This document shows, in pieces, positions 10,703 through 19,257 of a stretch of DNA of 64,000 bases. The position numbers and the translations under genes are program-made. A model generated the notes under the pieces. That model saw nothing but the letters and a program-made list of their open reading frames with translations. It did not search any database and was not told where the DNA came from. Position 1 is the stretch's first letter, and each line of letters opens with the position of its first letter. The stretch covers positions 256,001 through 320,000 of the forward strand of contig CAVVPN010000011.1 of NCBI GenBank assembly GCA_963750165.1. Direction: 5' to 3'. This stretch comes from an uncultured Gemmataceae bacterium (lineage in GTDB: Bacteria > Planctomycetota > Planctomycetia > Gemmatales > Gemmataceae).

Positions 10703-11257
10703 ATGGGCCCGATGGAGTTAAACCGGCTCAAGAAGCACCCGGATTTTCAAATGATCGTGGACCTGGAACCGGAGGAGGTCGAGGAACGCTTGCGCAACGC
10801 GGTCGAGCGTTGGTGGTGGGCCGGCGGACTCATGTTCGGATTTCGGCCGTTTCAGGGCAGCGTCGGGCAGGTGCGGTTTAGTTTCCGACTGCGGCCGTGG
10901 GTGGCGCTGGGGCTGGATTTTGCCCCGTTCCTGGAGGGCACGTTCCGCCGTGTTCGCCAGGGGACGCTGCTGGAGTATCGCCTTACGGGGCCGGTGTCGA
11001 TCCTCTGGCTGACGGTGATCCTGCTGCTGGCCCCGGCGTTCAGCGTTGCGGCGTACGGCGCAGTCCAGCAATTGAGTCTGAGCGGGCCGGACCAGTGGGT
11101 GCTGACCGCGCTGGCGGTGCTGCTGCCGATCCTGGCGGCGGCGCTGCCGCTCGGCTGGCTCTACTACGCCTTCCGACGCGACACGCGGCGGCTGCTGGTG
11201 GAGCTGCGCGCCCTGTTCCGGGACGCGGTGGTCGAGGTGAATTATCGGATCGTTTGA
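10703..11257 (+). CDS. Hypothetical membrane protein (two C-terminal TM helices) inserted antisense in the kynurenine cluster
   Basis: GGAG RBS, ATG 10703, hydrophobic segments near the C-terminus. Confidence 0.6.
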   Translation: MGPMELNRLKKHPDFQMIVDLEPEEVEERLRNAVERWWWAGGLMFGFRPFQGSVGQVRFSFRLRPWVALGLDFAPFLEGTFRRVRQGTLLEYRLTGPVSILWLTVILLLAPAFSVAAYGAVQQLSLSGPDQWVLTALAVLLPILAAALPLGWLYYAFRRDTRRLLVELRALFRDAVVEVNYRIV

Positions 11258-11263
11258 ATTGAG

Positions 11264-11611
11264 TTGTTTCTTCGTGGAGTTCCTATCGACAGCGAGCAAA
11301 TTTCCTGGAACGGGGCTTACCGCGGACGGCTGCTGGTGGACCTGGAACCGTCCCAGGTTTACAAGCGGCTCGTCAACAATGTTGGCCAGCCTTCCTCACC
11401 GCTGATGGAGGCACTCTTTCGATCATCGCCCTACCGTGGCAATGTGCAAGAGGTCGGTCCTGCTGGGCGGCAGCGCTTTGCCTATGGTTTCTTTTCGAGC
11501 TGGTCTTGTTCACAAATGACCGGAGAATTCCACGCCATCGAAGGCGGATCGGCAATCGAGTTTGCAGACGTGGCCGTTGACATGGACCTACCCGGGATTG
11601 CTCACGACTGA
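11264..11611 (+). pseudogene. Possible truncated paralog of the upstream membrane protein
   Basis: LLVDLEPSQVYKRLVNNV...PYRGNV resembles MIVDLEPEEVEERLRNAV...PFQGSV; lacks the TM part; no clear start codon. Confidence 0.4.
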
Positions 11612-12613
11612 GTCATTCTGTCCCAGAAACTCCCGCGCCGTCCCCGCCAGCAGCAACCCCCGCTCCGCCGCGGTCAACTCCGGCAGCGATTCAATCAATT
11701 TTCCAGGATGTTCCTCGCCCAGCGGAAACGGATAGTCCGTCCCGAGCGCGACCCGGTTGGCCCCGACCAACCGCAGCAGCGTCCGCAGCGCGTCGGCGTC
11801 ATGCACCAGCGAATCCAGGTAGAACCTGCCGAGGTAACTGCGCGGCCCCCTGGCGTTCGCGGTGGCGCACAGATCCGGCCGCACCTGAAAGCCGTGCTCG
11901 ATGCGGCCGAGCGTGCCGGGGAACGAACCGCCGCCGTGCGCGAAGCAGACGCGCAGCCGCGGCAGTCGCTCGAAGACGCCGCCGAAAATCATTGAGCAAA
12001 TCGCCAGGGTCGTCTCGGTCGGCATGCCCACCAGCCACGCCAGCCAGTAGTTTTGCATGCGCTCACGGGCGCACATGTCCCACGGGTGGACGAACACCGC
12101 CGCCCCGAGCCGCTCCGCCGCCGCGAACACCGGGAACAGCTCCGGCCGGTCCAGGTTCCAGCCGTTGACGTGGCTGCCGATCTGCACGCCCGCCAGGCCG
12201 AGTTCGCGCACGCACCGCTCCAGTTCGAGCACGGCCAACTCCGGCTCCTGCATGGGCAGCGTGCCCAGGCCGGCGAAGTGCCGCGGATGGGCCGCGATCA
12301 CCTCCGCGAGATGGTCGTTCAGCAGGCGGGACAGGTCGTGGGTGTCCTGCGGTTTGGCCCAGTAGCTGAACATGACCGGCACGGTCGAGAGCACTTGCAG
12401 GCCGACGCCAACCTTGGCGCAGTCCTCGATACGGCGCTGCGGATCCCAGCAGTTGTCCTGGATGTCGCGAAAGCCCTTGCCGTCGATGTGCATGCGAGCG
12501 CAGCCGGGGCCGGTGTGCTCCAGCTGCACGAAGCCGCCGTAGCCGTAGCGCTGCCGCAGGTCCGGCCAGGTGCGCGGCAAAATGTGCGTGTGCAGGTCGA
12601 TCTTTTCCAGCAC
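11588..12613 (-). CDS. nbaD: 2-amino-3-carboxymuconate-6-semialdehyde decarboxylase (ACMSD)
   Basis: KIDLHTHILP, STVPVMFSYWA, FVHPWDM, FAHGGGSFP, GTDYPFPLGE. Confidence 0.94.
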   Translation of the reverse strand: MLEKIDLHTHILPRTWPDLRQRYGYGGFVQLEHTGPGCARMHIDGKGFRDIQDNCWDPQRRIEDCAKVGVGLQVLSTVPVMFSYWAKPQDTHDLSRLLNDHLAEVIAAHPRHFAGLGTLPMQEPELAVLELERCVRELGLAGVQIGSHVNGWNLDRPELFPVFAAAERLGAAVFVHPWDMCARERMQNYWLAWLVGMPTETTLAICSMIFGGVFERLPRLRVCFAHGGGSFPGTLGRIEHGFQVRPDLCATANARGPRSYLGRFYLDSLVHDADALRTLLRLVGANRVALGTDYPFPLGEEHPGKLIESLPELTAAERGLLLAGTAREFLGQNDSVVSNPG

Positions 12614-12622
12614 GGTCGCACC

Positions 12623-13147
12623 TCACGCCTTCGCCGGGGCCGGCACCTCAAAGACGCTGTGACACGCCCGGCAGGTGCGCAACTCCGGGCTGCCGTTGAA
12701 CTCCTCGATGATCGGCTTCAACTGCTTGCCCAGGTCTTCCAGGTGAAATTCCCTGTCGTGGACAAGGCCGCCGCACTGGCGGCAGTACCAGCGTAAATGG
12801 TCGTTGGCGGCAGCGGGCCGGGCCTGCTCGACGACCAGGCCGACGGTGTTCGGCGGCCGCTGCGGCGAGTGCGGCACGTGGGCCGGCAGCAGGAAAATCT
12901 CGCCCTGCTTGATGGGGATGTCGCGCGGTGCGCCGTCCTCAATGACCTTCAGGACGATGTCGCCCTCGACCTGGTAGAACAGCTCCTCGCCGGGGTTGAC
13001 GTGATAGTCGGCGCGCTGGTTGGGGCCGCCGACGACCATGACCAGGAAGCCGCTATTCCAGAGCATCTTGTTGCCGACCGGCGGCTTGAGCAGGTGACGG
13101 TTGTCCTCGATCCAGCGCTGGAGATTGAACGGGGTCGGGAGAGTCAT
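12623..13147 (-). CDS. nbaC: 3-hydroxyanthranilate 3,4-dioxygenase
   Basis: LLKPPVGNK, VGGPNQRADYH, HVPHSPQR, two rubredoxin-like CxxC pairs. Confidence 0.96.
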   Translation of the reverse strand: MTLPTPFNLQRWIEDNRHLLKPPVGNKMLWNSGFLVMVVGGPNQRADYHVNPGEELFYQVEGDIVLKVIEDGAPRDIPIKQGEIFLLPAHVPHSPQRPPNTVGLVVEQARPAAANDHLRWYCRQCGGLVHDREFHLEDLGKQLKPIIEEFNGSPELRTCRACHSVFEVPAPAKA

Positions 13148-13180
13148 GCGGACCACCTTTCTTGAAGGGGTTGCTCTTCG

Positions 13181-13367
13181 TTCGTAGTACCGCCTTTAGA
13201 GCGGTTCGCGTCTGGGTAGCGCACAAGTCGTGGGACGGCTCTCCAGAGCCGTCAGCGTTCTCCCGACGGCTCTGGAGAGCCGTCCTACGGGGCGTGATCC
13301 ACGCGACTGGGAACCGCCTTTAGGCGGAATCTGACTGTCAAATTCCGCCTAAAGGCGGTACTACGAA
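13181..13367. repeat. Three-layer nested repeat: GTAG REP doublet, interrupted by a GAGCGGTT MITE-like shell, which contains a second REP doublet
   Basis: TTCGTAGTACCGCCTTTA [GAGCGGTTC...GGACGGCTCTCCAGAGCCGTC...GACGGCTCTGGAGAGCCGTCCTAC...GAACCGCCTT] TAGGCGGAAT...ATTCCGCCTAAAGGCGGTACTACGAA. Confidence 0.85.
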
Positions 13368-13891
13368 CCGAGGCGGAACTCGTCGCGCAGCCGGGCGAAC
13401 TGTGCCGCCTGCTCCGCCGTCGGGGTGCTGCCGAAGTTCAGGAACACCTTGAACGCCGAGGCGCCGGCGCGGTCGAAGAACTGCACGCTGAGCGTGTTGA
13501 CGCCCGTCATGTGGCTCGGCTTCTCGACGGCGAAGGCGGCGCCGAGGTTCGGCCAGCGGATGTGCATGTCGAGCGTCTTCGTCTGGACGTTGAAGAACTC
13601 GCCCCAGGTGCTGAAGTTGCCGAAGGTGCCGACCGACTCCAGCGTCGCGGCGCCGTTGCTGACGATGACGTGGACCGTGCCCAGGTCGGGGAAGCGCTCG
13701 ATCAACTCCTGCCAGCGGTCCACGTCCAGTTCGGTGACGCGCTCGGCCGGCAGGCAGCGGAGGATGTCAGCCTCGGGCACGCTGTAGTCGCGGGCCAGCT
13801 GGAGCGTCATGGCGCCGGGGTTGTCCGCCAGGGCGGCGCGGACGCGCTCGGTCAGGGGCGCGGCGGAATTGCTGGGGGTCGTCGGTGTCAT
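13361..13891 (-). CDS. ChuX/HutX/HemS-fold heme-utilisation-like protein
   Basis: LARDYSVPEADIL, GTVHVIVSN, DMHIR, SVQFFDRAGASAFKVF pattern. Confidence 0.75.
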   Translation of the reverse strand: MTPTTPSNSAAPLTERVRAALADNPGAMTLQLARDYSVPEADILRCLPAERVTELDVDRWQELIERFPDLGTVHVIVSNGAATLESVGTFGNFSTWGEFFNVQTKTLDMHIRWPNLGAAFAVEKPSHMTGVNTLSVQFFDRAGASAFKVFLNFGSTPTAEQAAQFARLRDEFRLGS

Positions 13892-13994
13892 GGCTGGCTC
13901 CGGCGGCAGGGCGGATTGGGAACGACGCACACGGGTATTGTACCACGTTGTCGCGGGGAGATGAACGGTCCCGGCGTCCCCGTTTTCCTGCTAT

Positions 13995-14034
13995 GAAAAT
14001 CCCCTCATGCGCCCGGGCGCATGAGGGGATTTTC
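13995..14034. terminator. Perfect 40-bp palindrome, likely terminator of the 14075-15082 gene
   Basis: GAAAATCCCCTCATGCGCCCGGGCGCATGAGGGGATTTTC. Confidence 0.6.
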
Positions 14035-14074
14035 TAGCAGCCCTAACACCTTGGAGTCTGCCTCGAAGGGGCCG

Positions 14075-15082
14075 CTACAGACCGAATTCAAACTCGTTAT
14101 TAAGGAATTGCCCCAGCGACTCGTACTCCTGGGTCAGTGTTTGCGTGGTCCCTGAAGGATCGGAAATGGTCTCGCTCAGATCCTCCAGATACTGAACGAT
14201 TCCAGAGGCCACCCAGGGAGAGCCGGTCGTCGCCGGCGGAGTGAGTGTCACCGTCGTGCTGCCGGTGGCCGAGGATTGGCCGACGATCACGTAAACAGGG
14301 GTCGGCGAACCCGTCCCCGTCGTCGCCAGCATCAGACTCTCCGTGATCTGGTCATGCAGCGAAAACGCGGCAACAATCGTGTTGCCCGTCGCCACGGGCG
14401 CGGGCGGCAACGTCTCCTGGGAGGTGCCGGTCAATGCCAGGTTTGCCTGGACGAGCCAGGGCAGGCTGACCGGCGGGAGGACGCCGGGAGGATAGAAGGC
14501 CGTTTCCGTTTGCGACAGGGTGACGGCGGCGTTAACGCTGAAGAGGTTGGCGACCGGGTTGGCCTGGGGCGGCATGGAAACCGTGCCGTTTTCGCTGATG
14601 TTGGCGGTGATGTGCCAGCCGGACGAGACCGCAGGGCTTGTCTTGTACAGGGTTTCCGTGATCTGACCGGCCAGGCTGAAGTGCGCGATGAAGCCGGGCG
14701 GATTCAGAGTGGCCGCGGGAGTCAAGCCTTCGGTCACGCTGCCCTGGAGAGCGTAGGACAGGCTCAGCGACCACGTTGGCGTGGTGCTAACCGGAGAGGA
14801 CAACGTTTGCGTGCTGGTTCCCTGAATCTGCACCGGGATCGGCAAAGTCGATCCGCTGAGCGGCGGGGGCACGCTGGGCAGTTGCACCAGAGGCGCAAAC
14901 TGAACCAGGGCCACCGGAGGCAGGGGTGCGGGATTCACCGAAAAGACCGCCACCGGGGCAAAGGAAACATGAGCCGGCGTCAGTCGATCTTCCAGAAGCT
15001 CGACATTCAGGCGGGGCCGATAACCCTGGCGCTTGCCAGTCGAGATTTCCCGATGCAAGAGTTTCCGCAGTGACCCGAACAT
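14075..15082 (-). CDS. Pro/Thr/Ser-rich planctomycete extracellular protein
   Basis: AAGGAGG RBS; N-terminal RPRLNVELLEDRLTP motif; internal imperfect repeats (GSVTEGLTP / GTSQETLPP / GSTTVTLTP). Confidence 0.7.
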   Translation of the reverse strand: MFGSLRKLLHREISTGKRQGYRPRLNVELLEDRLTPAHVSFAPVAVFSVNPAPLPPVALVQFAPLVQLPSVPPPLSGSTLPIPVQIQGTSTQTLSSPVSTTPTWSLSLSYALQGSVTEGLTPAATLNPPGFIAHFSLAGQITETLYKTSPAVSSGWHITANISENGTVSMPPQANPVANLFSVNAAVTLSQTETAFYPPGVLPPVSLPWLVQANLALTGTSQETLPPAPVATGNTIVAAFSLHDQITESLMLATTGTGSPTPVYVIVGQSSATGSTTVTLTPPATTGSPWVASGIVQYLEDLSETISDPSGTTQTLTQEYESLGQFLNNEFEFGL

Positions 15083-15552
15083 GGTGTCCTCCTTCGTTGG
15101 GGTTGCAGGACCGGAAATGTGCCTCAGTGCTGGCAGCGGTTCCATTCGACACGGAACAACCGGCCAGCCGAACAACACACTCCAAACATCTACTCTTACA
15201 AGATCAGAAATTACCCGGACATGAAACGCAGTCAAGTTAAAGTTGGAAGAAAGTAAAATGTAGCCGCTCTGTTTGTCGTTGCAAGCAAGAAGTCGATAAA
15301 AAAGACAGTTGGGGTGGGCGGCTGCAAAGTAGGTGGAATTTTGGTAGTGTCAATCCGGACTCTGGAAGTCTTTGAAAATTCACTCTGGATGTGGCTTGGA
15401 GGCAACCGTGGCAGAGGTCGTCCTCACCCCCAAATCGGCCCCACCCTTGATTACCACGGCAAAACCTCTTACTTCATCAACGAGGAGTCGCGCCGCGCAG
15501 CGGCAGGCGATCACGTCCACATGACCCTCTCCCACTACACAAAGGATGAGCA

Positions 15553-18018
15553 ATGACCGCCACCAGCACCCCCCCGATTCGGAAGACCGGCGACGGTCAG
15601 GCCACGGCGGCAACGCCCCTCTCCGCCGAGGAGCTGCGCAAGCTGGACGCCTACTGGCGCGCCCTCAACTACCTGGCGGTCGGCCAGATTTACCTGCTCG
15701 ACAACCCGCTGTTGCGCGAACCGCTCAAGCGCGAGCACATCAAGCCGCGGCTGCTGGGCCACTGGGGCACGTCGCCGGGCCTGAACATGCTCTGCGTCCA
15801 CCTCAACCGCGTCATCAAGCGCGACGAGCTGGACATGATCTACGTCATCGGCCCGGGGCACGGCGGCCCGTCGCTGGTGGCCCATGCGTACCTGGAGGGC
15901 ACCTACAGCGAGGTGTATCCGAACATCAGCCAGGACGCCGACGGCATGAAGCGGCTGTTCAAGCAGTTCAGCTTCCCCGGCGGCATCCCCAGCCACGTCG
16001 CCCCGGAGACGCCCGGCAGCATTCACGAGGGCGGCGAACTTGGCTACGCCCTGAGCCATGCCTACGGGGCCGCCTTCGACAACCCGGACCTGATCGTCGC
16101 CTGCGTCGTTGGCGACGGCGAGGCCGAGACGGGACCGCTGGCCACCGGCTGGCAGGGCAACAAGTTTCTTAACCCGGCCCGCGACGGCTGTGTGCTGCCC
16201 ATCCTGCACCTGAACGGCTACAAGATCGCCAACCCCTGCTTCCTCGCCCGCATCCCCCACGATGAACTGCAAAAATTCTTCGAGGGCATGGGCTACAAGC
16301 CCTACTTCGTCGAGGGGCACGACCCCCAGGCGGTCCACCAGCAACTGGCCGGCGTGCTCGACACGATCGTGGCGGAGATCCGGCAGATTCGCGCCGACGC
16401 CCGGGCCGTGGGGGCGGCAAAGGCCACGCGCCCCGCGTGGCCGATGATCGTCTTCCGCACGCCGAAAGGCTGGACCTGCCCGGCGGAGATCGACGGTAAG
16501 AAGTGCGAGGGTTACTGGCGTTCGCATCAGGTGCCGATGGGCGACATGGACAAGCCGGAGCACATCAAGATTCTCGAAGGGTGGATGAAGAGCTACCGGC
16601 CCGAGGAACTCTTCGACGCCCAGGGCCGCCTCAAGCCCGAACTGGCCGAGCTGGCGCCGCAGGGCCACCGGCGCATGAGCGACAACCTGCACGCCAACGG
16701 CGGCCGGCTGCTGCACGACCTGCGGCTGCCGGACTTCCGCGACTACGCCGTCGAGGTGCCCAGCCCCGGGGCGACCACCGCCGAGTCCGCGCGGGTCATG
16801 GGCAAGTTCCTCCGTGATGTGATGAAGCTGAACCTGGAGGGCAAGAACTTCCGCCTGTTCAGCCCGGACGAAAACAACTCGAACCGCTGGCAGGACGTGC
16901 TGGAGGTCACCACCCGCTGCTACATGGCCGAGATTTACCCCGATGACGACAAGCTCAGCCCGGACGGCCGGGTAATGGAGGTGCTGAGCGAGCACCAGTG
17001 CCAGGGCTGGCTGGAGGGGTATTTGCTGACGGGCCGGCACGGCTTCTTCAGCTGCTACGAGGCATTTATCCACATCATTGATTCGATGTTCAACCAGCAC
17101 GCCAAGTGGCTCAAGGTGTGCCGGCACATTCCGTGGCGGCGGCCGATTGCCTCGTTCAACTACTTCCTCAGCTCGCACGTCTGGCGGCAGGATCACAACG
17201 GCTTTTCCCACCAGGACCCCGGCTTCATCGATCACGTCGTCAACAAGAAGGCGGAGGTCATCCGCGTCTACCTGCCGCCGGACGCCAACACGCTGCTGTC
17301 GGTGACGGACCACTGCCTGCGCAGCCGCAACTACGTCAATGTCGTGGTCGCGGGCAAGCAGCCGGCGCCGCAGTGGCTGACGATGGACCAGGCGGTCAAG
17401 CACTGCACCGAGGGGCTCGGCATCTGGGGGTGGGCGAGCAACGACCAGGGCAGCGAACCGGACGTGGTCATGGCCTGCTGCGGTGACGTGCCGACCCTGG
17501 AGACGCTGGCGGCGGTCGAACTGCTGCGCCGGCACGTGCCGGAGCTGAAAGTGCGCGTCATCAACGTGGTCAACCTGATGAAACTGCAACCGTCGAGCGA
17601 GCACCCGCACGGGCTGTCAGACCGTGACTTCGACGCGCTGTTCACGAAGGACAAGCCGATTGTGTTCGCGTTCCACGGCTATCCGTGGTTGATCCACCGG
17701 CTGACGTACCGGCGTACGAACCACAAGAACCTGCACGTGCGCGGCTACAAGGAAGAGGGCACGACGACAACGCCGTTCGACATGGTGGTGCTCAACGACC
17801 TGGACCGCTTCCATCTGTGTGAGGACGTGATCGACCGCCTGCCACAACTCGGGGCGCGGGCCGCCTACTTCAAGCAGGCGATTCACGAGAAGTTGATCGA
17901 GCACAGGCAGTACATCGACCAGCACGGCGACGACATGCCGACGATCTCCGGCTGGCAGTGGGGGAAGTCCCACGGCGGTGCGTCGGGGAAGAAGGACACC
18001 GCCGCGGACAACGTGTGA
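15553..18018 (+). CDS. xfp: Xylulose-5-P/fructose-6-P phosphoketolase
   Basis: [42 protein letters not shown]. Confidence 0.97.
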   Translation: MTATSTPPIRKTGDGQATAATPLSAEELRKLDAYWRALNYLAVGQIYLLDNPLLREPLKREHIKPRLLGHWGTSPGLNMLCVHLNRVIKRDELDMIYVIGPGHGGPSLVAHAYLEGTYSEVYPNISQDADGMKRLFKQFSFPGGIPSHVAPETPGSIHEGGELGYALSHAYGAAFDNPDLIVACVVGDGEAETGPLATGWQGNKFLNPARDGCVLPILHLNGYKIANPCFLARIPHDELQKFFEGMGYKPYFVEGHDPQAVHQQLAGVLDTIVAEIRQIRADARAVGAAKATRPAWPMIVFRTPKGWTCPAEIDGKKCEGYWRSHQVPMGDMDKPEHIKILEGWMKSYRPEELFDAQGRLKPELAELAPQGHRRMSDNLHANGGRLLHDLRLPDFRDYAVEVPSPGATTAESARVMGKFLRDVMKLNLEGKNFRLFSPDENNSNRWQDVLEVTTRCYMAEIYPDDDKLSPDGRVMEVLSEHQCQGWLEGYLLTGRHGFFSCYEAFIHIIDSMFNQHAKWLKVCRHIPWRRPIASFNYFLSSHVWRQDHNGFSHQDPGFIDHVVNKKAEVIRVYLPPDANTLLSVTDHCLRSRNYVNVVVAGKQPAPQWLTMDQAVKHCTEGLGIWGWASNDQGSEPDVVMACCGDVPTLETLAAVELLRRHVPELKVRVINVVNLMKLQPSSEHPHGLSDRDFDALFTKDKPIVFAFHGYPWLIHRLTYRRTNHKNLHVRGYKEEGTTTTPFDMVVLNDLDRFHLCEDVIDRLPQLGARAAYFKQAIHEKLIEHRQYIDQHGDDMPTISGWQWGKSHGGASGKKDTAADNV

Positions 18019-18109
18019 TAGGAACTTCGTCTGATTTCTTCTTCCGCTGCCGCTTGCGGCGCAGCGGGAAGCGCCTGCGCCGCAAGCGGCGGAAAGAAAG
18101 GACCAACCC

Positions 18110-18871
18110 GTGAGCGCCGAACACTCCGCCAAGCAAGGCCCCGCGACCGTCAGCCTGGCGGACGAGGAAGGCGTCAAGCAGGTCCTCATCCGCACGGTCC
18201 TCGGGCTCTGGGAGATCGTGAACGACCTGACCCGCCTGCGCCCGTCCAGGCGCGAGCGCTACCGGGTCACAATTTTCGGCTCGGCCCGGGCGCGGCCAGG
18301 GACGTTCGCTTATGACGAGGTCAAGCGCCTCGCGGCCGCCCTGACCGAACTGGGCTGCGACATCATCACCGGCGGCGGCCCGGGGTTGATGCAGGCCGCC
18401 AACGAGGGCGCGGCCGCGGCCGGAGCGCCGGAGCGCAACCAGTCCGTCGGCATCCGCGTGGATCTGCCGTTCGAGCAGGAAGTCAATCCCTTCGTCGAAC
18501 AGGCATTCGAGCACAAGACCTTTTTCACGCGCCTGCACCAGTTCGTGCTGATGTCCGACGCCTTCGTGGTCGCCCCCGGCGGGATCGGGACCGTCCTGGA
18601 AACCATGATGGTCTGGCAACTGCTGCAGGTCCGCCACGTCCGCGACACGCCGCTGATCCTGGTCGGCAAGATGTGGGCGGCCCTGGTGGACTGGGCCAGA
18701 GCGCACCTGCTGACGACCGATCCGCCGCTGGCGTCCGCGGAGGACATGGCCATCCCGGTCTGCTTCAACACCACCGACGAGGCAATCACGCTGCTGCGCG
18801 CGCAGCACGCCGCGTGGCTCCAGAAGCAGGCCAGCGTAACCCCCGGCGGCGCCGGGACGCAGTCCAGTTGA
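18110..18871 (+). CDS. LOG family (lonely-guy-like) protein
   Basis: VTIFGSAR, TGGGPGLMQAAN, PGGIGTVLE. Confidence 0.9.
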   Translation: MSAEHSAKQGPATVSLADEEGVKQVLIRTVLGLWEIVNDLTRLRPSRRERYRVTIFGSARARPGTFAYDEVKRLAAALTELGCDIITGGGPGLMQAANEGAAAAGAPERNQSVGIRVDLPFEQEVNPFVEQAFEHKTFFTRLHQFVLMSDAFVVAPGGIGTVLETMMVWQLLQVRHVRDTPLILVGKMWAALVDWARAHLLTTDPPLASAEDMAIPVCFNTTDEAITLLRAQHAAWLQKQASVTPGGAGTQSS

Positions 18872-19033
18872 AACGGTCGTGCCCGTTTTGCGGTCGATCT
18901 ACCTCCCGGCAACGCGAATCTCCGCTTCGCCACCTCGAATCAATTCAGACATCCAGGTGCTTTTTCTTACAATATTCAGAAAGTCGCCTGAACTGGATCG
19001 CCCTGGTCCCGTGCGCTATGGAGGAGCAAGATC

Positions 19034-19240
19034 ATGCTCGTGGTAAGGAAGCAAGTGCTGACTCTTTACGTGGACCGGTCCTCGCAACAGTGGATCGTCC
19101 TGGACTCCGACGGCAACCTCTGGACGGTGCCGTCCGTGGACAATGCGTGGGAATTCCGGCAGCCCTTTCAACCGACGGATGAGACCGAACTGGAACCAGT
19201 CCCCGGACATTACAAGTACGGACTTGGTCTCCCGTCCTGA
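19034..19240 (+). CDS. Small hypothetical protein (68 aa)
   Basis: GGAGGAG RBS before ATG; co-oriented and ends 17 nt before the next gene. Confidence 0.65.
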   Translation: MLVVRKQVLTLYVDRSSQQWIVLDSDGNLWTVPSVDNAWEFRQPFQPTDETELEPVPGHYKYGLGLPS

Positions 19241-19257
19241 CCCAAAGTAGGTGCCCC

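Noticed and set aside
15380..15556. YHS-like fragment YHGKTSYFINEES upstream of xfp
   Set aside because: Too short and lacks a credible start; only a weak resemblance
15535..17610. Long antisense ORFs opposite xfp, metK, patatin and others
   Set aside because: Typical high-GC shadow frames with no motifs; the sense strand has clear family signatures
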